NCBI GenBank assembly: GCA_964016885.1
Contig: OZ024764.1
Location: 19,344,001 to 19,408,000, forward strand
Length of the DNA: 64,000 nt
Source of the DNA: Eledone cirrhosa
Taxonomy: Eukaryota
Direction: 5' to 3'
The position numbers were made by a program, and so were the translations under genes. Shown one piece after another: positions 50,743-64,000 of the stretch; the stretch's first letter is position 1, and the number at the start of each line of letters is the position of its first letter. A model generated the notes under the pieces. That model did no database searches. It worked only from the letters and a program-made list of their open reading frames with translations, and was not told the DNA's origin.

Positions 50743-52305
50743 ATATTTTTACCGAATTAAATTATGTCAAGTTTGTAATAAAAAAATGAAGTTGAAAACA
50801 GTAAATGTAATTAAAATAGAACAGCTAAGTACTCTTACAGAGATCAGAAAGAAAGGTGTTGGTGGTGAAGAATGGACGGTAGACGTTTCACCTCAGTCTA
50901 GGTAGTGTATTTTACCTGTGTCACTCGGACAATAGCCAGCGATGACCACTACACCAACCACTCTCTCCTTCAGGTGGTGTCCACTTTCGTGAGTCTGTAG
51001 AATAACAGGGCAGAGGACAGCAGAGGAGGTCTTGACTTGAAAAGAGTATCACTTGATACCTCGATATAACCTGTTGGTAGAAATAGTAGGGTGCTGGATC
51101 AATCGAGTACCCTGACATAGATCCCCGGGTATCTCGGTAAGATTGAGTCATATGGAGGCTAAGTTGCCAGAACAGCTAAGTACCCTGACAGAGATCACCG
51201 GGTATCTCGGGTCATATGGGGGCTAAGTTGCCAGAACAGCTAAGTACCCTCACAAGAGTCATCGGGTACTTCGGTAAAGCCAGCCGCCAACAGTGACAAC
51301 TTCGTTGTCAGCAGCCCAGCTTCTCAAACATCACAGACTGGAATAAATACTTTGCTGATAATTACTGGTAGTTTAGCTTTTATTTCGTTCGTCTACGGAA
51401 GCAGTGACCCTCACTTTTACTACAGCATGTAGGATGTGGGAGGGAGACAAAAACATCACTAACTGGGGTCTCACAAATGTGACAGTTAGTTTTGAAAATA
51501 CATATACAAGATACAAGATAAATGACTAGACTGAAATATATTTGATAGGGAATAAAGAGTAGAATATTCTAGTCTGTGGTGTTGGAGAAGTTTGGAGGAG
51601 ATAGGTCCCTGACAACGAGGTTCTTGTTATCGTTGGCAGCTCTCCTTACCGAGGTGTCAGGTGATACATATAAGGGTGTTTGGTAGTTCCAACATCTTAG
51701 CCTTGCTATCACTCGAGGTAAGACTGTCTCAGAAAGTATTAGAGGGAGACTCCAGCACCCCATGTGATGTGAGACTGATTGACAGAGTGTTGACTTAATA
51801 TTTTCATTTGTTGTGATTCTATGTGAAATATATCTCTATGTAAGTAACTTGGTTACGTGAATCATTGTGAATCTCGTAAATACTTAAACAGAAATCTACT
51901 TAGGACACAAAATAAAGTAGATTCCATTGTACAATGTATATCACAAAGAAGAGGGGATGTAACGAGAGTTGTCTCCCCTTACATATGTTTTCTGTTTTAC
52001 AGTAGTAGAGGTTTATATGTGTTTGACTGTCTCTCTCTCGGTATAAACTACCATTTGCACTGCCTCTGTTTTTTGTTCCTGTCTAATATTTAACTATATA
52101 TATCTTGAGGTTGTGAGTTCGCTTCCTGGACCAGGCGATGCGTTATGTCCTTGAGCAAGACACTTTATTTCACGTTGTTCCTTCTACCTAGAGTTGCGAC
52201 CGTTAGTACTAGCAATTGGAAAGACCAATGGAAACATTGCTTCCTCGGTCCGATTTGACGAAAGTCGATCGTTCCTTCATATATATATATATATATACAC
52301 ACACA

Positions 52306-54306
52306 CTGTTGTACCTTGACTTAAGAGTTTAATTTGTTCCGTGGAGGACCTCGTAACTTAAATTACTCGTATGTCAAATCAATTTCCCCACTGAAATAAA
52401 TTAAAATGCCGTTAATCCGTTCCAGACCCCCCAAAAACCACAGTTTGTTTTGTTACGTGTTTTTAAATAAGAAAAATGTACTTATAAATAACAAATATTG
52501 TATATAAAAAAAAACCATACAATAGAATGTACTGCAACAAACTAGTTTTATTAAGTATAATGTACAGCATCTATCTTGGAGATCAGACGACTTGAGGATG
52601 TTGACGAAGGAGAAAGGATGAACTGAATAACTGAATCTTATTCGCTGATTTTTGCCACACTTTCCTCACTTTTATCTGCAGGGATTTTCAATAAAAACCT
52701 GTCTAATGAGGTTTGTTTCATCTCACTTGTTGAGATAACCTGCTCTGTGTCACCTATTTCCTGCAAAACCTCCGTGTGTTGCTGTGTCTGTAGCTCCTTT
52801 AATTCCCCCGTTGTCAGTTCCTCGGAGTGCTCCTCGATGAGCTCGTTGATGTCACCTTCATCCATGTCCAGGCCCATGGACTTACCGAGGGGTAAAATCT
52901 CCTCCACCACTGCCGCTTCGGGTTCCAGTCTTTCAAAGTCTGTTTTAGACACAACCTCAGGCCACAGCTTCTTCCATGTAGAGGTCAAGGTCCTCTTTGT
53001 AAGACCCTGCCAGGTCATATCGATAATTCTGAGGCATATCACGATGTTATAATGGTCCTTCCAGACCTCTCAAGGGTGAAGTTTGTGCTCTCCGTCACTT
53101 CAAAGCAGCGACTGAACAGGTGCTTGGTGAAGAGCTTCTTGAAATTAGAAAGTACCTGCTGGTCCTTGGTCTGTAGGTTAGGGGTGGTGTTTGGTGAAAG
53201 GTAGAGGACCTTTATAAACTTGAACTCTTCGAGGGTGGGTTGGTGAGCAGGTGCATTGTGTAGGACAAGAAGGGTTTACAGGGGTAGGTTATTTTCCTGG
53301 AGATATTTTTTAACGTCAGGACCAAAGACCAAATTCACCCACTCCACAAAGAACTACCTGATGACCCATGACCTCCACAAAACCTGCAGTTTTTCTTTCA
53401 GAATCTTATGTGACTTAAAGGTTCTAGAGTTTTCTGAATGATAAACGAGCAGCGGCTTAATCTTACACTCACCGCTCAGTGCGAGGGTTAGCCTATCCGT
53501 CATGGGTTTGTGGCCAGGCATCCTCTTCTCCTCTGCATCTTCTTCCAAAAAAGTCCTGTTTCATCACAGTTAAAGACTTGCTGAGGGGTGTATCCTTTGG
53601 CTGCTATAATTCCGGCAAAGGTTTTGAGGTAATCCTCAGCTGCCTTCATATCCGTGCTCGCTGCCTCACCATGCCTGACAACGGAATGAATGCCGGTCCT
53701 CTTTTTAAAATTCTCAAACCAACCCCGACTGGTATTAAAGGGCTTGCCGATGGCTCGTCCGTAAAGTACCTGGGGTCTGCTGCAGCAAATCAGCGTAAAT
53801 AGCTCGTGCCTGCTCACATATTATAATCTTCATCACAGTATCTCTTGCGAGCTGCTTCTCTGTCAACCACACCATCAGCAGCTTTTCCATAATTTCATGG
53901 ATAGATGTCCGCTGTTTAGAAATTATTTTACCACCCTTAGCTGGGGTTATAGCCTTTATCAACTCCTTCTACTTCAGTATGGTACATATCGTAGAAGTCC
54001 TACGCTCGTACTGCTTCACCAAGTCCACTACACACACCTTGGTCATGTTTTTCTATAATTTCTTTCTTTAATTCAATACACATCATCTGCTTCTTCTTCT
54101 CAGGACTGTCCTTCGAAGCCATGGGATGCTGGGCGGGTGTTATGGTATTCCCTGTGGCGGTCACTATGCCAACTAGTGGCGGGGCATCTGAAGCTGACTC
54201 GTAACCCGAATTTTACTCTGGAACTCAACGCAAAAAATCAGCCGAGAGAGGGCTCGTATCTCGAAAAACTTATTAGTTGGGACACTCGTAAGTCAAGGTA
54301 CCACTG
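52306..54306 (-). mobile_element. Tigger/pogo transposon (duplicate of 4113-6113)
   Basis: Same TIRs and transposase fragments. Confidence 0.92.
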
Positions 54307-55363
54307 AATATATATATATATTTGTGTTTGTGTGTGTGTGTGTATATGTATATTATGTATCTTCTGATTACTGAAGCTGGTGCATTAGATTTCACTGTCA
54401 ACACTGTAAAGAGGTTGTGTAGGTGTCATGACAAAAAGTACCCAGTCCACCCTGTAAAGTGGTCATGTAGGTGTCACGATAAAAAGTACCTAGTACTCAC
54501 TGTAAAGTGGTCATGTAGGTGTCACAACAAAAATACCCAGTACACACTGTAAAGTGGTCATGTAGGTGTCACGACAAAAAGTACCCAATCCACACTGTAA
54601 AGTGGTCACATTGGTGTCATGGCAAAAAGTACCCAGTCCACCCTGTAAAGTGGTACTGTAGGTGTCACGATAAAAAGTACCCAGTACTCACTGTAAAGTG
54701 GTCATGTAGGTGCCATGACAAAAAGTAAAAAAGTACCCAGCCCACACTGTGAAGTGGTCGAGTTGGTGAGATAGTAAAAAGCACCCAGTACTCAATGTAA
54801 ATAAGGTTGGTGCTAGGAAGGGCATCCAGCTGTAGAAACCAAACCATAATTGGTTTTGTAGGAGCAACACGTGGTCACCTGACCTGGCATTGCTTACAAC
54901 AGGATAACTCGTCTAACCCATGCCAGCATGGAAAAACTGATGTAAAACAGTGATGATGATATAACATTTGTTTAATAATGAACCCAATCTCATTGTTAAC
55001 AGCTATAGATGTCAGGATGTGAACCTTTTTACTGAAATATCTTCTCCATGTTAGTGGCTGAAGAAGATTTAGAAAACTTTCACACAATAACCGTATTCCC
55101 TAACTTCTCCCCTAAAAAATACAAGACAAGCAGGGCCAGACTTTTGCCTACTGAAGCCCTAAGCTATATGAAGTTAGAGGTTCTTCTCTAAAAATATATA
55201 ATTATCTTTTATATTAATGTTAATGATAAAGAATAAATAATATAATAAATATACCACCATAGGTGCTGAGGTGGCTAGCTGCTGGTGTGAACCTCACAAG
55301 ATGGAATGGCTCTTCCAGCACATCTAGAACATGACCCTCTAATATCTAGTATTTAGTAACAAA

Positions 55364-55458
55364 CTAGTCCACCCAGGACCTGTTGGGTCACGTTGCCTTA
55401 AAATTATCTTTTAAGTCATTTAAAAATAATTTTTAAATAGTTAAAATATACACATACC

Positions 55459-55494
<36 letters not shown>

Positions 55495-55711
55495 ATTAAA
55501 CAACACCACCAGCTCCCACTCTCTCACCACCACTGTCTCGCTCTCTCCCTATATTTATGAAGGTACCAGAAAACCCCGTATCTTGGGAACCTGTGCTCCA
55601 ATTTATACAAATCTTGTTTTATTCCTTTCAAAGTATTTCCCCATTATGCACTGTTTTAGCTGTATTAAATTACAGACAAGACACAATCACAGAGTTTTAG
55701 TAGTATATAGA
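55364..55711 (-). mobile_element. Non-autonomous Helitron (duplicate of 7171-7518)
   Basis: TC...CTAG termini on the minus strand. Confidence 0.8.
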
Positions 55712-57349
55712 TAACATAGCTTCAAATTAAAGTTAGTAAACGACAGTTTGGAGAAATCTGCAACATTTATTAAACATTCCTCAAGTTTGTCAATTCTATA
55801 GCACAATAGTTTGTTAGTTAAAGTGTTTAGTTAGATGTTCTACATATAAAGAAGAGAGAATATTTTACCACAAATATTACAGTGGTATAATGATTTTCCC
55901 ATCTCTTCTGGAAAATATTCCTACGTTGATGTAAATATTTCTATTGTTCATAATTTTATCAAATGTGATCTTTGTCAATATCCAAATATTTTGAAAACTC
56001 CTTTGTAAATATCCAAAGTTTAATCAGAATGTAAAATCATCTTGTAAATATTCCAGACAGTGAAAAAGGAATATGTTGTTATTTATCTCAATTCAGAAGA
56101 AATATTTCACCATAATTCACCACAGACTAAACAAGTTTATATCACTTGTATGTAACATCTTTCTGTTGTCTTTAAAAGACTCTTTTCTGTCAAGGTCATG
56201 TGATATTCTGAAATAGTAGAGAAACATTATTAAGATATTTAGAAAGTAGAGATACAACAGTGAAAACTTTACTACATCTCTATATTAATAGATATAAACC
56301 TTACATGGTGACACAAACACTGCAACACTAACTTACAGGAAAACATCTAGTTACTTCAATCAGGTGAAGAGATAAACTAGATTGACTTCATTCTCTTCAG
56401 AAAACAGGATAGACAGATGGTTGGGAATATTAACTCTTTTACTGGAGAAGGACGTACCACTCAACATAGACTAGATACTAGGTGTAAGATCTAGAGGGAC
56501 TGACAGATACAAGACTATCTGGAGATAGAAGGGTTGGAGAGTAAAATATCTCCCTGTTAAATATAAGATTTACAGGGACTGTGAGAGTGGTACAAGACAA
56601 CATAGGGAAAAGGGTAGGGATAGTAACAGATCTCCCTGTTAAATATAAGATCTAGAGGGACTGTGAGAGAGGTACAAGACAACCTAGAGAAAAGAGTAGG
56701 GACAGTAAAAGATCTCCCTGTTAAATATAAATTCGGAGATGTTCTACATGATAAATATGATAAGGAGGAGATTGATAGCTATGACATAGAAGATATCTGG
56801 AAGTTTCTTTCAGACAGCCTGTTGTGAACCACTGATGAGATCTGTACTTGATGAAAGCTGCCAGCCAGATGAATGTTGCCTTGGTGATGGAATAGTACAG
56901 TAGATAGAAGTTGAAATCTAAAAGACCTGATGAGACAGGAGGGGGAACAACAATATCAAATAGTTAAAATGGAAGCTAGATATTAGGCTTACAATTTATT
57001 GATTTCTGTTGTTATTGTTAAAATCTGTTTAGAATTAATATCAATGTCAGACTAGCAACAACAAAAGTTTTCATTTTATTGGCAGGTTTAAATTACAGAA
57101 GTTACCAACCTTTACTGAAAATACAAATATATATCTTACCTGTTAAAGAATAATAAATGAAAGTTTAATGTGAAAAACTTTAATTTACACAAAATCTTCA
57201 AACACTACTTCAAAAATGGAAACCTGGTGTTTATGATCCCTGTCATAGGTAAAACCTACAAGGTTAACCCTAGTTTTAGCCAGGATGATGGATCTACACA
57301 ATTGTTGTTGTTGTTGTAGTATGCTGTAATGAGTTTGATATTGATACAG

Positions 57350-58818
<1,469 letters not shown>

Positions 58819-59150
58819 TCAATCACCTCAGTTTCTCACATAATTCACAGCTTAATACTGAGAAATTTAGTTATATTACTAAATAATTTCAAAGTGTTGA
58901 GTGTTTTTAAAATTATTTCAAAATGATGGATAGTGTCTTTCATTAGAAATGGTTAATGTTGAGGATATGTCTGATGTAACGTGCTCTTTAATGCCAATGT
59001 CCTCTGGTATTCTGAAATAATAAAAGAACATTATAAGATACTGAGAAACTTGTAATACATTAGTACAAATTTCATATAATATTTCTATATTGATAAATGG
59101 ACTGTAATAAATACTAAGGCCATCCTTGGTGAAGAATGTGCTGACTAACA

Positions 59151-59920
59151 TAGGTTAGTTATTAGTGGTAGTAGATTATACTGACTGATAAAAGTAGTTA
59201 TTAGTGACATTAGATTAAACTGACTGATAAAAGTAGTTATTAGTGACAGTAGATTAAACTGACTGATAAAAGTAGTTATTAGTGACATTAGATTAAACTG
59301 ACTGATAAAAGTAGTTATTAGTGACATTAGATTAAACTGACTGATAAAAGTAGTTATTAGTGACATTAGATTAAACTGACTGATAAAAGTAGTTATTAGT
59401 GACAGTAGATTAAACTGACTGATAAAAGTAGTTATTAGTGACAGTAGATTAAACTGACTGATAAAAGTAGTTATTAGTGACAGTAGATTAAACTGACTGA
59501 TAAAAGTAGTTATTAGTGACATTAGATTAAACTGACTGATAAAAGTAGTTATTAGTGACATTAGATTAAACTGACTGATAAAAGTAGTTATTAGTGACAT
59601 TAGATTAAACTGACTGATAAAAGTAGTTATTAGTGACAGTAGATTAAACTGACTGATAAAAGTAGTTATTAGTGACAGTAGATTAAACTGACTGATAAAA
59701 GTAGTTATTAGTGACATTAGATTAAACTGACTGATAAAAGTAGTTATTAGTGACAGTAGATTAAACTGACTGATAAAAGTAGTTATTAGTGACATTAGAT
59801 TAAACTGACTGATAAAAGTAGTTATTAGTGACATTAGATTAAACTGACTGATAAAAGTAGTTACTAGTGACATTAGATTAAACTGACAGATAAAAGTAGT
59901 TACTAGTGACATTAGATTAA
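59151..59920 (+). repeat. 39-bp RTE-derived minisatellite (~19.5 units)
   Basis: 468 bp (12 x 39) longer than its duplicate at 10990-11291. Confidence 0.92.
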
Positions 59921-60128
59921 CCCTTTAGTATTCACATTACTCTATATTTACTATTATATTTTCACAGTAAATGCTTTATCTCACATGATATCAAATCTAT
60001 GAGATTTTCATATTATTTATTTTGAGAACAATACCTTAACATAAGTATAAGTGACCAATTATGGCCAGTTTGAACAGAAAGACATGAGACAATTCTGGCC
60101 AGATATGGCCAGTTTATATACTAAAGGG
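59921..60128. mobile_element. piggyBac-type MITE copy
   Basis: TTAA TSD and ccctttagta TIRs. Confidence 0.85.
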
Positions 60129-62755
60129 TTAAGGAAATTAGGTGTAGAAGAATGGCTTGTGAGAAGCTGTCAGTAAAGTGTGTCTAGTGAGGAATTGAAG
60201 GTATAGGTAGGAGTTCATCATGGTTTAGTTCTCAGCCCACTGTTGTTCATCATAGTTCTCCAAGCCATAACAGAGAGGTTTAAGTCTGGCTGTCTATGGA
60301 AACTTCTCTATGTAGATGACCAACTATAGATATAGAATTTGAAATGGTAAGTTCTGAGAATATACTTAGCCAAAACTAAAGTGGTAACGGATAGGAGAGA
60401 AGACCCTGACACCTTCAGGAAAGTGGCCCTGCTCCATATGTAGAAAAGGAATAAGTAGGGATAACCACAATGACAGAGACCTAGTTATAATAGCAGGGGA
60501 CTTCAATGGTCATGTTGGACAGCTCCAGGATGGATATACTGGGGTACATGGTGGTCATGGTTATGGCTCAAGAAATGAAGGAGTGAGGCTTCTTGTATTT
60601 TGTGATGCAAGTGAACTAACCATTTGCAACACTTCAAGAAACCTACCAACCACCTAATAACCTACCAATCAGGTGAGCACATGAGACAGATTGACTTCTT
60701 GCTAGTTAGGCAGTAAGAGAGACAGATGGTGTCAAATACTAAGGCATACCCCAGGGAACAATGTAACCCCCCAACATAGGTTAGTCGTTAGTGACATCTC
60801 AGTAAGCAAGAGACAAAATGAGACATACAAGAAGGTGTGAAAAAGGAAGGTCTGGAAACTAAAAGACCTTTCACTAAAATATAAACTTAGGCAAGCCCTT
60901 CAAAATGTGTATGAGGAAAAAGAAGACGTTTTAGCGTCGTATGACGTAGATGATAACTGGAATTTCTTACGTGACAACTTACTGCAGGTTACTCATAAAA
61001 CTTGTGGCTGGAGCAGAGCTCCAACCAGACAGAGAGTGACCTGGTGGTGGAACAGCACGGTAGATAGAGCCATTAGAGCCAAAAGACTAGCATGGAATGT
61101 TTGGAAAAATTGTAGGGGTAGAGACCGATACACAGCCGCTAAGAGAGAAGCTAGATGTCACGTCTACTTAGCACGCAGGGAGGCTGAGAGTAGGAGGTTT
61201 GCCAATGTTCTGCGACGGGAAGATCAGAGGCGTGCAGTGTTCCACATTGCAAGGCAGTGTGTCAGTGCAAATCAGGATGTTGTTGGAGATAAATGTGTCC
61301 GGGATGATGCCGGTGTACTTAGTGTCACGAATGATCAGAAAAAGAAGGCCTGGAAATGTCATTATGAGAGACTGATGAATGTGGAGAATGAATAGGAGAG
61401 AAACTACCTTCAGTAGACCCGACAGAAGGACCAGCTATTGAGATTGACGACTATAGGGTCCAAGAGGTAATTAAGGAAAGGAAAAATGGAGGTCTGCTGG
61501 ACTGTTGGGGATAGTTGCTGAGATGCAAAAGGCATCAGGAGAAGTAGGAATTAAACTGGTTGCATGCATCATTAATCAGGCTATATATGGTGGTGTCATA
61601 CCCAAAGATTGGTGCAGCAGTATTCTCATAAATTGAGGTAAAGGTAAAGGGGATGTTCTTGAGAGGAGTAATTATAGGGGCATAAAACTGATGGATCAGG
61701 TTATGAAAGTGACAGAAAGAATACTAGCGCAACTTAGAGAAAGGGTCAAACAGATGCCCTCTTCTTAGTGAGACAACTACTAGAGAGGTTCTTAGAGAAG
61801 AATAAACCACTATACTTAGTTTTTGTTGACCTAGAAAAGGCCTTTGATAGAGTACCCCAATCTGTCATCTGGTGGTCCCTAAGGAAACTAGGTGTAGAGG
61901 AATAGTTTGTGAGGACAATGCAAGCTATGTACAGAGGTGGTGTCAGTAAAGTGAGGGTAGGAATAGAGTTTAATAAGGAATTCCAGATACAAGTAGGAGT
62001 ACATCAGGGTCGGTCCTCAGCCCGCCCTTGTTCATTATAGGCCTCCAGCCATAAAAGAGGAGTTTAAGACTGGCTGCCCATGGGAACTTCTCTAGGCTGA
62101 CGATGTGGTTCTTATAGCAGAATCAGTAGAGGAGCTAGAGAATAAATTCTGGCTATGGAAACCGCAGTTGGAAGCAAGAGGACTGAGAGTGAACCTAGCT
62201 AAGACTAAAGTGTTGAGTAGAAAAGAGGACAAAACTCTCATTCCATCAGGGAAATGGCCTTTTTCAATATGTAGAAAAGGAACTGGCATAAATTCTATAA
62301 TGTACACAATGCAGATTTTGGGTACACAAGAGATGTAGTGGGATAGCAGGCAAACTAACAGGTAGGGAAAACTACATATGCAGTAGATGTACAGAGAAAT
62401 TTGACAGTAGAAGTCGCATTGATAGACACATTTTTCAAATGCAGGAAGGATCTACAGAGGTGGTTGATAGCTTCCGATACCTAGGTGATCAGAGGCCATA
62501 GTATCTAGAATAAGGACGGGTTGGAAGACGTTTAGGGAGCTGCTTGCTCTGTTGACAAAGAAGGGTTTCTCCCTAAGAACGAATGGCTTGTGATGCCTGC
62601 GTGAGATGTGTGATGCTGCACGGTAGTGAGACATGGACAGCAACTGCGGAGGATATGCAACGACTGGAGAGAAATGAAGCAAGTATGCTCCGTTGGATGT
62701 GCAATGTCAATGTGCATCAATGACCAAGCATAGATGAGTTGAGAGAGAATGCTCA
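60129..62755 (+). mobile_element. Degenerate RTE LINE (duplicate of 11500-14120)
   Basis: Near-identical sequence and ORF fragments. Confidence 0.9.
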
Positions 62756-63294
62756 ACATGGCCATACCAGTGCATGTGTCTCCTGTGAAACACATCCTTG
62801 AGGTTGTCGATCAGCAGTTTTTTTAAGAGCTCAGTTGAGCTGACATCATCCTCAATGGTCACACTACACATCCAGTGGATCATAGCTCTGTCATTTCTTC
62901 AGAGTCAATTCAGACAGTCAGATAACATGGCCCAGGTCTCACTGGCATGAAACAACACACTTCTCCCACAGGTGTTATAAATCTGCCCCATGGTGTCTAA
63001 TGGTAGCCAGCATGTCTAGGAGAAGCTGCCTAAACTTGTTACCTGTGGAGTGGCACAGCACAATGGCAGTGAACTTGGCTCCACTTCCAGCTGACATGTC
63101 ACACAGGTAGCAGAAAGATGTCACCACATCCAGCTTGTCCTCACCAACAGGCCTCTAGTTATAAAGGTTATCATTGACCAACACTGACACCCCTCAGGGT
63201 AGACTGAACCAACACTTACACCCCCCAGGGTGGACTGAACCAACATTTACCACAGGTCTATAAATAACTGTATTACCCTATCATGATACTATAA

Positions 63295-63709
63295 CATTAT
63301 AAACCTAAAACTCTGTGATTGTGTCTTGTCTGTAATGTAATACAGCTAAAACGGGGCATAATGGGAAAATAGTTTGAAAGGAAGTTGACCCTGACATGGG
63401 AATACAAATGGGATAAAATAAGTTTCACGTAAATCAGAGCACAGGTCCCCAGGATATGGGTTTTTTCTGGTACCTTTATAAATAGAGAGAGAAAGATAAT
63501 GGGTGTGTGTGAGAGAGATAGCTGGTGGTGCTGTTGAACAAAGTTATAAAATTAGAACAAGTGACTTGTGTGTGTCTGTGACAGACATTCATATATATAT
63601 ATATATACTACTAATTTCATTTTACATTATATACATGTCTGTGTATATTTTAATTATTTAAAAATTATTTTTAAAGGGAACGTGATCCAACAGGTCACAG
63701 GTGTTCTAG
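63295..63709 (+). mobile_element. Non-autonomous Helitron (duplicate of 14660-15074)
   Basis: Hairpin and CTAG|T at 63706-63710. Confidence 0.75.
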
Positions 63710-64000
63710 TAAGATTATAAATATAAACACACAAAAGATAGAATCTACTCAAACCTTAATATCTCAGACCCCAGTAGATTACTGGAACTTTAATTTATCC
63801 ACTCCGTTAGAATGAAAGACAAAGTTAACTTTGGTGGGATTTGAACTCATAACATAAAGGGTTGAAATCCCGCCGAGGTTAGCTTTGCCCTTCATCTTTA
63901 CGGGGTTGATTTAAGATCTTATAATAGTTTCTGATTAAGACACAAGGTCGACAATGTTTGGGGGGGAATAAGTTGATTAAATCAAACACAGTTACTGTGA

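Overview
Eukaryotic, AT-rich DNA. It is most likely a coleoid cephalopod (Octopus-like); this is inferred from the [16 protein letters not shown]-type zinc-finger arrays, (GAT)n-tailed RTE LINEs and SINEs. The window is a tandem cluster of C2H2 zinc-finger genes built from one repeated module on the minus strand: a compact promoter (TGACG, TGCGCATGC, ACTTCCTG, CACGTG), a ~65-nt non-coding exon with a GTAAGT donor, a transposon-filled intron, and one large zinc-finger exon. There are five promoter copies and four finger arrays. One array is intact (41447-42643, 14 fingers), two near-identical copies are frameshifted (9189-10639 and 57350-58800, 17 fingers), and one is inverted with a premature stop (24677-25772). 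Positions 1-15364 recur almost exactly at 48441-64000. Mobile elements include a CRE-clade LINE with a hidden N-terminal PHD finger, a near-complete RTE LINE with a PHD finger inside its RT region, a chimeric Gypsy element, Tigger, hAT and Merlin relics, non-autonomous Helitrons, a piggyBac MITE, a foldback MITE and SINEs. The most unexpected signal is that all five main copy-number-variable minisatellites (39, 48, 62, 73 and 82 bp) are amplified retrotransposon sequence. Two derive independently from the same short stretch of the CRE endonuclease and bracket the promoter in opposite orientations. Coordinates were read by eye and may be off by a few bases.
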